From positions 401 to 64,400 of the forward strand of contig CAYZIP010000004.1 of the NCBI GenBank assembly GCA_964478695.1: DNA of 64,000 bases, written 5' to 3'. The position numbers were made by a program, and so were the translations under genes. Shown in pieces: positions 49,496 through 58,341 of this stretch (positions within the stretch are counted from its first letter, which is position 1; each line of letters opens with the position of its first letter). Under the pieces are notes generated by a model that did no database searches, was not told the DNA's origin, and saw only the letters and a list, made by a program, of their open reading frames with translations. The DNA comes from an uncultured Candidatus Saccharibacteria bacterium. Its GTDB lineage: Bacteria > Patescibacteriota > Saccharimonadia > JAGOAT01 > CAYZIP01.

Positions 49496-51900
49496 AATAC
49501 GATTTTATCGTTCTGATAATCTATAATCACTTTATCACCAGTCTTAATTTCTTTTTGTACTAGTTTTTGTATTAAAACTCGCTCAACATGAGAGAGCAAT
49601 ATTCTGCGCATAGGTCTTGCCCCCATGTTTTCAGATAAGGCTAGATTTATTAAATATTTTTTGGCTGCTACACTTGCGCTAAGCTTTAAATCATATTTAC
49701 CTAAACGTTTTATTAACTTACTAAGCTCAAGATTAAAGATCTGTTCATGGTCTTTATTAGACAAGCTAGAAAAACCAATCACAAAATCTAATCTGTTAAT
49801 GAACTCAGGAGATAAAGATTTTAATAGTTCACCAGAGATAATAGACTTAACTTCTTGGCCAGATAAATTGTCATCAATACTAAAACCAAACCCTTTTTTA
49901 CTGCCTAGTTTGTGTGCACCAATATTACTGGTCATGATGATGATTGACTGACTAAAGTCTATCTCTATACCCTTGGCATCAGTAATTTTACCATCTTCTA
50001 ATATTTGCAACATCAAATGATGTACTTCACTATGAGCTTTTTCTATTTCATCAAATAAAATTACACTACCAGGTCTCTTTTGTACTTTTTCTAAAAATAT
50101 ATTACGGTCATTATGACCTACATACCCTGGAGGAGCTCCTACAATTCTAGCACTATGGTGGCTGGAAGCGAATTCGCTCATATCAACTTTTATAAAATTG
50201 TCTTTACTTCCGAATAGCTCTAGAGCTAGACTAGACGCTAAATAACTTTTACCCACCCCAGTTGGCCCCAAGAATAAGAAGCTGCCCAAAGGCCTGCTGC
50301 CATCAGTTATGCCAAGATATGCTCTTTCTACCACTAAAACTAAATCATCAATAGCCTGATCTTGGCCTATAATAATCTTTTTTAACCTTGAACCAAGTGA
50401 AGCAATATGCTTAGATTGATCTGCTTTAGAATTTATTTTATTTAATAAATATTCACTACTTAGCCCAGAAAGCTCTTCTACTCTAGAAGCAATATCCTTG
50501 ATAGTAATAATATTTTTTTTAATTTTACTATTAACTATACGTAGCTGCTCTTGCAGTCGAATCAACTCCGTCTTAACCTCGGCGGCCTTCTGATAATCTT
50601 GTAATTGTAAAGCCAATTCTATTTCATCTTGTTTTTCGCTAATACTACTGATCAGCTCAGCTTTATTGGCTGGCTCGCTCTTACTGGCTAATAGTAGTTT
50701 ATACGCCACAACATCATCTAATAAATCTATAGCTTTGTCTGGATTTTTACGATGCAAATCAATATAACTACTCATTTCTGTTACGGCCTCCAATACCCCA
50801 TTATCTATACTGACATTTTGATTAGATATTATATAATCTGAGGCTTTGGTCAGGATTTCTAATACTGCTTCTTTACTAGGTTCATTAATATCTATACTAA
50901 TAAACCTACGGCTTAGGGCATGGTCTGATCTAATATGTTTATGGTACTCATCTTTTGTGGTGGTCCCGATAATCTGCAATACTCCTCTAGATAAGGGGTT
51001 TTTTAAAATATTAGCTGCATCCAGTGTCCCGTCCGATGTTCCCGAACCTACAATTGTATGTATCTCGTCTATTAAAAGAATAATATTTTTATTATGTTCT
51101 AATTCTTTAATAATCTTTTTAATCTTCTCCTCGAATTCTCCTCTATATTTAGTTCCAGCCACCACACTAGCCATGTCTAACATCATAATAACTTTATCTT
51201 TAAAGTTGGCAGGTACATTTTTTTGTACTATTCTCTGGGCCAGACCTTCTACTATAGCAGTTTTGCCCACACCAGCATCACCTATTAAAATAGCATTATT
51301 CTTTACTTTACGTCCTAATACTGTTAATAATTTATCCACCTCATTCTCTCGTCCAATCACTGGACGCAATTCTCCCTTAAGAGCTTTTTCATTTAAATTA
51401 ATGGCCAGACTATTTAATATCACAGGAGTATGGTCTTTTGCTTTTGCACTCCCATTTTGATAATGCTCACGCATCAATAAAGCTAAATCTTCTACAATCT
51501 GATCAATCTCAGTTATAGACCTTATTTTGAGTAAAGCTTTACCTGTTCCTTGGGTAAGCATAGACATTAATAAATGTTCTGAACCTATCCAATGATAGCC
51601 AAAGTCTCTGGCAATTTTTACACTATCTAGAACAATATTATTTACTCCATTAGACCATTTTAAATCATCACTGCTATCTACAGGCACAGGCACAGCTACT
51701 CTAATTTTATCTAAACTAATACCATGATCCACCAGTATTTTAGAAGCAACAGAGTCAGTATTTTTCAAGATAGCCAGCAATAAATGTTCGCTACTAATCC
51801 ACCTATCTCCCAAATTCTTAGCAATATCGGTAGACATACTAAGAATAGTTTTATAATTCTTAGTAAAACGCTCAAATTCAGGGCTATTAAGATCTATCAT
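49477..51900 (-). CDS. clpC: ATP-dependent Clp protease ATP-binding subunit, ClpC-like
   Basis: Two Clp-N repeats, GDAGVGKT, KYRGEFEE, UVR-like middle domain, GPTGVGKS, DEIEKAH, GFGF ClpP-docking loop. Confidence 0.9.
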   Translation of the reverse strand: MIDLNSPEFERFTKNYKTILSMSTDIAKNLGDRWISSEHLLLAILKNTDSVASKILVDHGISLDKIRVAVPVPVDSSDDLKWSNGVNNIVLDSVKIARDFGYHWIGSEHLLMSMLTQGTGKALLKIRSITEIDQIVEDLALLMREHYQNGSAKAKDHTPVILNSLAINLNEKALKGELRPVIGRENEVDKLLTVLGRKVKNNAILIGDAGVGKTAIVEGLAQRIVQKNVPANFKDKVIMMLDMASVVAGTKYRGEFEEKIKKIIKELEHNKNIILLIDEIHTIVGSGTSDGTLDAANILKNPLSRGVLQIIGTTTKDEYHKHIRSDHALSRRFISIDINEPSKEAVLEILTKASDYIISNQNVSIDNGVLEAVTEMSSYIDLHRKNPDKAIDLLDDVVAYKLLLASKSEPANKAELISSISEKQDEIELALQLQDYQKAAEVKTELIRLQEQLRIVNSKIKKNIITIKDIASRVEELSGLSSEYLLNKINSKADQSKHIASLGSRLKKIIIGQDQAIDDLVLVVERAYLGITDGSRPLGSFLFLGPTGVGKSYLASSLALELFGSKDNFIKVDMSEFASSHHSARIVGAPPGYVGHNDRNIFLEKVQKRPGSVILFDEIEKAHSEVHHLMLQILEDGKITDAKGIEIDFSQSIIIMTSNIGAHKLGSKKGFGFSIDDNLSGQEVKSIISGELLKSLSPEFINRLDFVIGFSSLSNKDHEQIFNLELSKLIKRLGKYDLKLSASVAAKKYLINLALSENMGARPMRRILLSHVERVLIQKLVQKEIKTGDKVIIDYQNDKIVLCPKKK

Positions 51901-51920
51901 AATTTTATATACTCCCTTAT

Positions 51921-51950
51921 ATTATAAGTATAGAATTTTGAAGCTTCAAA
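51921..51950 (-). promoter_or_regulatory. Putative clpC promoter with 14-bp palindrome over the -35
   Basis: TTGAAG-N17-TATAAT; TTTGAAGCTTCAAA at 51937-51950. Confidence 0.55.
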
Positions 51951-51969
51951 TCCAAAACCATGATGACTA

Positions 51970-52022
51970 TATAGTAATCTACTAAATTACAAGTTATTAT
52001 TTTGACTTATTAGATTACTATA
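51970..52022. repeat. 12-bp perfect inverted repeat between nusA and the clpC promoter
   Basis: TATAGTAATCTA (51970-51981) / TAGATTACTATA (52011-52022). Confidence 0.7.
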
Positions 52023-52060
52023 ACAACCAAGTTTTAAAATAATCAGTTCAAAAGTTTAAA

Positions 52061-53188
52061 CTATTCCCCATCCACAGCACTTAATAAACTGTCTTCAGAA
52101 TCTATTTTTTTCTTATTTTTTACTACAGTAGCATTGGCAATCCCTTCTACTTGTGCTATATCTAGATTCCAGCCAGTTAGGCGAGAAGCTAAGCGGACAT
52201 TTTGCCCTCCACTACCAATGGCTAAAGAGAACTGATCTTCAGTTACATTAACTTTAGCACTCTGATTATCTTCATCTAAATCTATAGAGGTTATCTGAGT
52301 TGGGCTCAAGGAATTAGTAATATATTCTTTAATATCATCGCTATAAACAATAATATCTATTTTCTCACTACCAATTTCAGAACGCACGGCTTGTACTCTA
52401 GTCCCTCTGCCCCCTACAAAAGTACCAACAGGATCTATTCCTTCCATGGTGGCCTTAACAGACATCTTAGTACGAACTCCAGCCTCTCTAACTACAGAAA
52501 CAATCTCCACTGTGCCACCCTCTACTTCGGGCACTTCTAGATTAAACAATTCTCGAATTAGACCAGCAGCAGCTCTAGAAACTATCACCCTTGGGCCTCT
52601 TAAATCTTCTTCCACTTTGGCAATATAGACCTTCAGCCTTTGTCCAGGATAATACTTTTCGTTTTTAACTTGTTCTCTATAAGGCATAACTCCTATGCCT
52701 CGTCCTAGATCAAAGTAAACATTACCATACTCTATCCTTTGTACTATACCATTAATGATGGTATCTACTTTTTCTGAATATTCTTCTATAATCATTTCTT
52801 TTTCTAAGTCTCGAATTCTGGATAAAATAACATGCTTGGCAGCCTGTGCAGCAATACGTCCAAAGCTTTCAGGATGCACCTCTACCTCCATAGTATCTCC
52901 AGCTTTAGCCTTGGTATTTTTCTTTAATACTTCAGACAAAGAAATATAGCTAGCATCATCAGACACTTTACCTTCTACAATTGTTTTCTCTACAAAAATA
53001 GATATCTTTTTACTATCCCTATCGATTTCTACTCGTACTGGTTGCAAATCATCTATAGCATAGTCTTTTTGCCAAGCACTAGCTATAGCTTGCTCTACAA
53101 CTTCATACATTTTATCTTCTTCTAGACCTTTTTCTATACAAATCTGCTCAATGGCTCCAATAAATTTTTCATCCATTACGTCTAGCAT
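52061..53188 (-). CDS. nusA: Transcription termination/antitermination factor NusA
   Basis: FGRIAAQAAK, S1 domain, LEVPEV, REAGVRTK, SLAIGSGGQNVRLASRLTGW. Confidence 0.98.
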   Translation of the reverse strand: MLDVMDEKFIGAIEQICIEKGLEEDKMYEVVEQAIASAWQKDYAIDDLQPVRVEIDRDSKKISIFVEKTIVEGKVSDDASYISLSEVLKKNTKAKAGDTMEVEVHPESFGRIAAQAAKHVILSRIRDLEKEMIIEEYSEKVDTIINGIVQRIEYGNVYFDLGRGIGVMPYREQVKNEKYYPGQRLKVYIAKVEEDLRGPRVIVSRAAAGLIRELFNLEVPEVEGGTVEIVSVVREAGVRTKMSVKATMEGIDPVGTFVGGRGTRVQAVRSEIGSEKIDIIVYSDDIKEYITNSLSPTQITSIDLDEDNQSAKVNVTEDQFSLAIGSGGQNVRLASRLTGWNLDIAQVEGIANATVVKNKKKIDSEDSLLSAVDGE

Positions 53189-53222
53189 GATTTCTCCTTC
53201 ATTTTAAAATAATGATATTAAT

Positions 53223-53256
53223 AAAAAAAGCCAGCCCATTGAAGGCTGGCTTTTTT
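53223..53256. terminator. Strong intrinsic terminator in the nusA leader (A/T tracts on both sides)
   Basis: Minus strand A6-GCCAGCC-TTCAAT-GGGCTGGC-T7, 34 nt upstream of the nusA ATG. Confidence 0.85.
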
Positions 53257-53283
53257 GTCGTTAGTCACAGTCTTTAATTAAAT

Positions 53284-53351
53284 ACTGAGTTCTGTTGATG
53301 AGAACAAAACTCAGTCTAAATAGTTTAACATGAACTATAATTAAAAGTCAA
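53284..53351 (-). promoter_or_regulatory. nusA promoter and 5' 13-bp hairpin
   Basis: TTGACT-N18-(TG)TAAACT (53351-53322); ACTGAGTTTTGTT/AACAGAACTCAGT stem. Confidence 0.6.
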
Positions 53352-53377
53352 AAAAAACTTGTGTAATTCATAACTAC

Positions 53378-53743
53378 CTAGCCATTATACTCTATACAGT
53401 CTGGATAATAATTGATAAAATTATCCTCACCTTTAATCAAAATAATCACAGCGTCAAAACGTATATGATATCCTTGATACTGCTTATACCTATTCCGTAT
53501 CCAGGGGATAGATCTAAGCATAATTGCCTTCTTTCTGTAATTGATAGCACTAACTCCTCCTCCAAAACTATCGGAGCTTCTAGTTTTGACTTCCACTATA
53601 ACTAAATATGGTGGCTTAAGGGCCAATATGTCTATTTCAAATAGTCTCGCTACACTAATGTTTCGATCAATTATTTCAAAACCTTGATCTAATAAATAGC
53701 TCACAGCCACATCTTCACCATATGAACCAAGACTTTTAGACAT
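53378..53743 (-). CDS. YraN (UPF0102) family endonuclease-like protein
   Basis: LGSYGEDVA, EIDILA, VEVKTR, RFDAV. Confidence 0.92.
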   Translation of the reverse strand: MSKSLGSYGEDVAVSYLLDQGFEIIDRNISVARLFEIDILALKPPYLVIVEVKTRSSDSFGGGVSAINYRKKAIMLRSIPWIRNRYKQYQGYHIRFDAVIILIKGEDNFINYYPDCIEYNG

Positions 53744-53776
53744 AGAGCAATAAAATTAAAAGATAAAAGTTATTTT

Positions 53777-54304
53777 TTAGACTTCTGTAGCTACTTGGTC
53801 TTCTACTGGAGTAGATTTATTGCCATATACACCTTCTGATGAATTCTCATCTTCTGCATTGCCACTTGCCAACTTCTCATCCACAGCTTCATTTGACGGA
53901 CTTTGGCTATTACCAAGATCTTGTTCTATGGTGGATTGTAAATCTTGTGTATTTAAACCTAAGTCTTTTAATTTTGCAGCCTTGCCCCTCAAACCTCTCA
54001 GATAAGTCAAGAAGGCTCTTCTGACTTTTGATCTTTTCATAATTTCTATTTTTTCAATATTAGGGGAGTGCAGTAACCATCCTTTTTCTACACCAACAGA
54101 ATAAGATACTTTACGTACCAGAATACTAGCCTGCAGAGATTTGGGCTTAGTATGCCTAATAACAACTCCTTCAAAGACTTGAGTTCTAGTTTTATTACCT
54201 TCTCTAATGATCTGATGCACTTTAACTAAATCACCCACCCTAACATCAATCAGGGATGGTTTCTTGAACTTTTTAGAGTAATTTTGCACCAAAACATTTG
54301 ACAT
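53777..54304 (-). CDS. rplS: 50S ribosomal protein bL19 with acidic C-terminal extension (start refined)
   Basis: GDLVKVH, QVFEGVVI, VRKVSYSVGVEK, KVRRAFLTYLR. Confidence 0.96.
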   Translation of the reverse strand: MSNVLVQNYSKKFKKPSLIDVRVGDLVKVHQIIREGNKTRTQVFEGVVIRHTKPKSLQASILVRKVSYSVGVEKGWLLHSPNIEKIEIMKRSKVRRAFLTYLRGLRGKAAKLKDLGLNTQDLQSTIEQDLGNSQSPSNEAVDEKLASGNAEDENSSEGVYGNKSTPVEDQVATEV

Positions 54305-54374
54305 ATCTATAGTATTGTACCAAAGCAAATATTAAATTTCAATGGTCTATTAAAGACCTATTTGGACTAGAAAT

Positions 54375-57300
54375 TTATAGCACTTTTTTTAAAGCTTCCT
54401 CTAATACCACTAAATTCTTTACTTTATTTGGTAGTTTAAATTTCTTCTTGATTCCCCCAGATACAATCTCTAAGACCACCTCCATCTTCCCACTGGCCAT
54501 CACCAGCCCTTGACCAAGATCACTTAATGTCTGAGCACTATGATGTCTGATTATAATATATAGCTTGTGGTCTTTTTCATATATATCTACATCTTTATTA
54601 ATACTAATGACCTCTGTCTTTACTGGCTTCATCTCTTTATTAATAGTCAAATCATCGGAATCATGATTTAATAATTCCTCCATCTTATCAGCCAATACCT
54701 TGGATCTATCCAAAACATTATTGTTTTGATCATACATCTGCAACTTTCCATATACATATAAAAGCTTATCTATGACTAATACATCAGCATATTGTTCATA
54801 TAATTTAGGGAATATAACTACTTCAATATCACCATAAACACTAGCCAAAGATACAAAAGCCATCTTCTGCCCATTTTTGGTTTGTATGTCTTTAATACTA
54901 CGTATCACCCCACCTGTCTCAATAGATTTATTATGATCTTCTACGATATGGTTCCCAAAATCATATGTTTTAGCTTTTAAATATGATTGCCACTTCTTTA
55001 ATGGATGATCCGATATATATAGCCCTAATAATTCTTTTTCATAAGCCAATAGCTCTGATGGATCTATATTTTCAAAAGCAGTATCAAATACTATATTAAG
55101 CTCTAGATTTTTTACTAGCTCCCCACCGAATAGATCGGTCTGTTTATTATTCATACTCTTGCCAAATGAAGATATACTACTAGTAATTTTATCCATATTT
55201 GCCAGTAACATAGGACGTATATTTATTGGATCCAAATCCTTAAAGAGGCTATCAAAAGCTCCTACTTTGATCAAAGATTCTAATGTTTTTTTATTAGGAG
55301 AATCACTAGATTTGGCAATCCTGGTTACAAAATCATTAAAGTCACGGAAATGGCCATTAGTATCTCTTTCATTGATAATAACCTTAACTTGATTAGTAGA
55401 AACATTTTTAATCGCCATTAAACCAAATCGTATATCATATCCATCGCCTTCCTCCCTAGAACTGATGGCAAACTCAGCAAAGCTATGATTAATGTCTGGG
55501 GGCAAGACATTAATACCCATCTTAGATGCTTCATCTATATCTACGGCTATTCTCTCTATGTCCGAGTAATCACTAGTCATTAAAGCAGCCATAAAAGGAG
55601 CTGGATAGTGTGCTTTAAGATATGCTGTCCAGATAGCAATTAGACCATAACAAGCAGCATGAGATTTATTAAAACAATAAGCCGAAAAGTCCTCTAAGCT
55701 AGTCCATAGCTGCTCTACAAAATCCCTCTCTACCCCACTGTGTTCTATGGCTCCCTCTATAAAACTCTCTTTCATTTTCGCTAAAGTATCAGCCTGTTTT
55801 TTGCCCATAGCTTTACGCAGAGTATCAGACTGGGCCCCTGTAAAGCCACATAAATCTTTAGATATCTGCATCACTTGTTCTTGATAAACAATAATGCCAT
55901 AAGTACTTTCTAGAACTGCCTTCATCTTAGGATGTCCATATTGGATTTGGTCAGGGTGGTGTTTGCGATTAATAAAATCATCTATCCACTGCATGGGCCC
56001 TGGTCTATAGATAGCTACCATGGCTACTATATCTTCAAAGCTAGTAGGAGATAATTTCTTAATATATTTTTTCATGCCATTAGATTCTAGCTGAAATACT
56101 CCAGTGGTCTTGGCTGCAGCTAGCAGTTCAAATGTTTTCTTGTCATCAATAGGGATATTTTCCACATCAATGTCTTCTCCATAAACTTTTTTAATAATTC
56201 TAAGACAATTTTTAATGATAGTTAGGTTTGACAGACCCAAAAAATCAAATTTTAATAGGCCCACGTCCTCTATTGGATTCATAGAATACTGAGTACATAT
56301 CACTCCAGAAGAAGCCTTCTTTAAAGGAGTAAAATTAATAATTGGTTCTGGAGCAATCACTACAGCCGAAGCATGTACCCCGTCATTGCGAATAGTTCCC
56401 TCTAAGCTAATAGCCCCATCCAATAATTGTTTATAGATTGGATTTTTATAAAATACCTTTAGCTCTTCCACTTTTTCTAAATGTTTTTTTAATGGGGTAT
56501 GCTTGCCTTGTACAGGAGGAGGAACTGATTTTGCGATCTTATCAACCTCAGCCAAAGGTATATCTAATACTCGCCCCACATCTCTGATGGCATTGCGAGC
56601 TGCCATAGTACCAAAAGTAATAATATGCGCTACCTTATCTGCCCCATATTTATCGGTAGCATAATTTATAATTTCATCTCTTCTGTCATCGGCAAAATCC
56701 ATATCAATATCAGGCATACTAATGCGATCTGGATTTAGAAATCTCTCAAAGAATAGCCCCCAGCGCAGAGGGTCAATAATAGTAATATTAGAACAATAAG
56801 CAATAATAGAGCCAGCTGCACTTCCTCGGCCAGGGCCACATAGTATGCCATTCTCTTTAGCATAACGATATAGATCAGATACTATTAAAAAGTACCCAGA
56901 AAAACCCATTTTGCTAATAATAGACAACTCGAACTCTATTCTTTCTATCACTTCTTTTGACAAAGAAGCTATAATATCTTTTTCATTCATGGAAGCAATT
57001 TCTTGATCTGACTTATGAGCATATTTACGTGCTGCCCCCTTGAGAACAATATCTTTTAAATAATCATCTTCTCCAATTCCTTTAGGGGTATCAAAAACTG
57101 GTATAAGCCCTGTTCCTAGTTTTAGTTCCAAATCACACATCTTGGCTACTTCTATCGTATTAGAAAAAGCCAATTCCATATCTGCCTTATCAGCAAAGTT
57201 ATTATTAAAAATCTCTTCTTGGCTAGCTACATATACAGCTTGCTCAATCCTAAATCTATTCTGATCACTAATCTTATTACCAGTCTGTACGCACAACAGT

Positions 57301-57986
57301 AGATCATGATTAATATGATCACTGGCAAAAGTATAATGACAATCTTTGCTAACAATATATCTAATACCCAGCTCTTTAGCCAAAGCTATTTTGGCTCTAT
57401 TTATTTTTGCTCCCTCTTCCCAGCCAGGGTGATCTTGCAATTCTAAAAAATAGTTATCTTCGCCAAATGTCTTTTGATACCAAGTGGCTATCTCGACAGC
57501 TTTTTTATTATCACCTTGTGTAATAGCTTTAGCCAGCTCTCCCCCAGCACAACCAGACAATACTATTAATCCTTCTCTATGTTGCTCTAGTAAATCATGA
57601 TCTATCCGCGGCTTATAATACATGCCTTCTAAATGGGCAGTAGTAGTAAGTTTCATTAAATTATGATAGCCAGCCAAATTCTTTGCTAATAAGATTAAAT
57701 GATATGGCTTGCGGTCCAGTTCGCTGCTGCGATCATTAATAGTTCTAGGGGCAATATAAGCTTCCATCCCAATAATAGGCTTAATATTTCTCTTAATGGC
57801 TTCTTTATAGAAATCAATGGCCCCGAACATAACTCCATGGTCCGTAATGGCCATAGCAGAGTGTCCCAACTCCTTAGCCCTATCTAGCATGGAAGGCAGT
57901 TTTTGCAATCCATCCAATAGGCTATAGTGGGTATGATTATGTAGGTGAACAAAGTCTAATGGCTTTGTTTTTGCATCAACTGCCAC
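54375..57986 (-). CDS. dnaE: DNA polymerase III alpha subunit
   Basis: PHP HLHNHTHYS, GRGSAAGS, FERFLNPDRISMPDIDMD, KFDFLGL, FNKSHA, OB fold. Confidence 0.98.
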   Translation of the reverse strand: MAVDAKTKPLDFVHLHNHTHYSLLDGLQKLPSMLDRAKELGHSAMAITDHGVMFGAIDFYKEAIKRNIKPIIGMEAYIAPRTINDRSSELDRKPYHLILLAKNLAGYHNLMKLTTTAHLEGMYYKPRIDHDLLEQHREGLIVLSGCAGGELAKAITQGDNKKAVEIATWYQKTFGEDNYFLELQDHPGWEEGAKINRAKIALAKELGIRYIVSKDCHYTFASDHINHDLLLCVQTGNKISDQNRFRIEQAVYVASQEEIFNNNFADKADMELAFSNTIEVAKMCDLELKLGTGLIPVFDTPKGIGEDDYLKDIVLKGAARKYAHKSDQEIASMNEKDIIASLSKEVIERIEFELSIISKMGFSGYFLIVSDLYRYAKENGILCGPGRGSAAGSIIAYCSNITIIDPLRWGLFFERFLNPDRISMPDIDMDFADDRRDEIINYATDKYGADKVAHIITFGTMAARNAIRDVGRVLDIPLAEVDKIAKSVPPPVQGKHTPLKKHLEKVEELKVFYKNPIYKQLLDGAISLEGTIRNDGVHASAVVIAPEPIINFTPLKKASSGVICTQYSMNPIEDVGLLKFDFLGLSNLTIIKNCLRIIKKVYGEDIDVENIPIDDKKTFELLAAAKTTGVFQLESNGMKKYIKKLSPTSFEDIVAMVAIYRPGPMQWIDDFINRKHHPDQIQYGHPKMKAVLESTYGIIVYQEQVMQISKDLCGFTGAQSDTLRKAMGKKQADTLAKMKESFIEGAIEHSGVERDFVEQLWTSLEDFSAYCFNKSHAACYGLIAIWTAYLKAHYPAPFMAALMTSDYSDIERIAVDIDEASKMGINVLPPDINHSFAEFAISSREEGDGYDIRFGLMAIKNVSTNQVKVIINERDTNGHFRDFNDFVTRIAKSSDSPNKKTLESLIKVGAFDSLFKDLDPINIRPMLLANMDKITSSISSFGKSMNNKQTDLFGGELVKNLELNIVFDTAFENIDPSELLAYEKELLGLYISDHPLKKWQSYLKAKTYDFGNHIVEDHNKSIETGGVIRSIKDIQTKNGQKMAFVSLASVYGDIEVVIFPKLYEQYADVLVIDKLLYVYGKLQMYDQNNNVLDRSKVLADKMEELLNHDSDDLTINKEMKPVKTEVISINKDVDIYEKDHKLYIIIRHHSAQTLSDLGQGLVMASGKMEVVLEIVSGGIKKKFKLPNKVKNLVVLEEALKKVL

Positions 57987-58077
57987 TGTTAATATAAACC
58001 CCTCTTTAAAATAATATTTCTATGGTCAATCTATTAAGGCATAAGTCTTAATAGATTATTAAGACTATTGAAAGACC

Positions 58078-58326
58078 TTATTTTTTCTTTTTTAAATATT
58101 TACTCAGCAAACTAGTGGCTATAGCAGACAATGTTGCTGGACCGATGATTTTAGTCCTAACATCTTCTATAACCTCAAAAGCTGTTTTAGTACCGTCTTG
58201 AGCTGTCTCAGATATACGGCGTACTATTTTTAGTATCTTAAATACTAAAAATAAAATAGCAAATACTATCAACAGTAATAGTATAGTAGCCGAAGCCATA
58301 ATAATGGTTAGTATTTCTAGTCCCAT
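58078..58326 (-). CDS. Small membrane-anchored hypothetical protein
   Basis: 82 aa, N-terminal TM then amphipathic helix; own TTGGAA-N17-TATAAT promoter candidate. Confidence 0.7.
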   Translation of the reverse strand: MGLEILTIIMASATILLLLIVFAILFLVFKILKIVRRISETAQDGTKTAFEVIEDVRTKIIGPATLSAIATSLLSKYLKKKK

Positions 58327-58341
58327 ATTTAATATTATAGG

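Noticed and set aside
43590-52022. 12-mer TAGATTACTATA shared by the tyrS/PBP gap and the inverted repeat upstream of clpC
   Set aside because: Matches of this length and AT content are expected by chance among AT-rich gaps and overlap -10-like sequence
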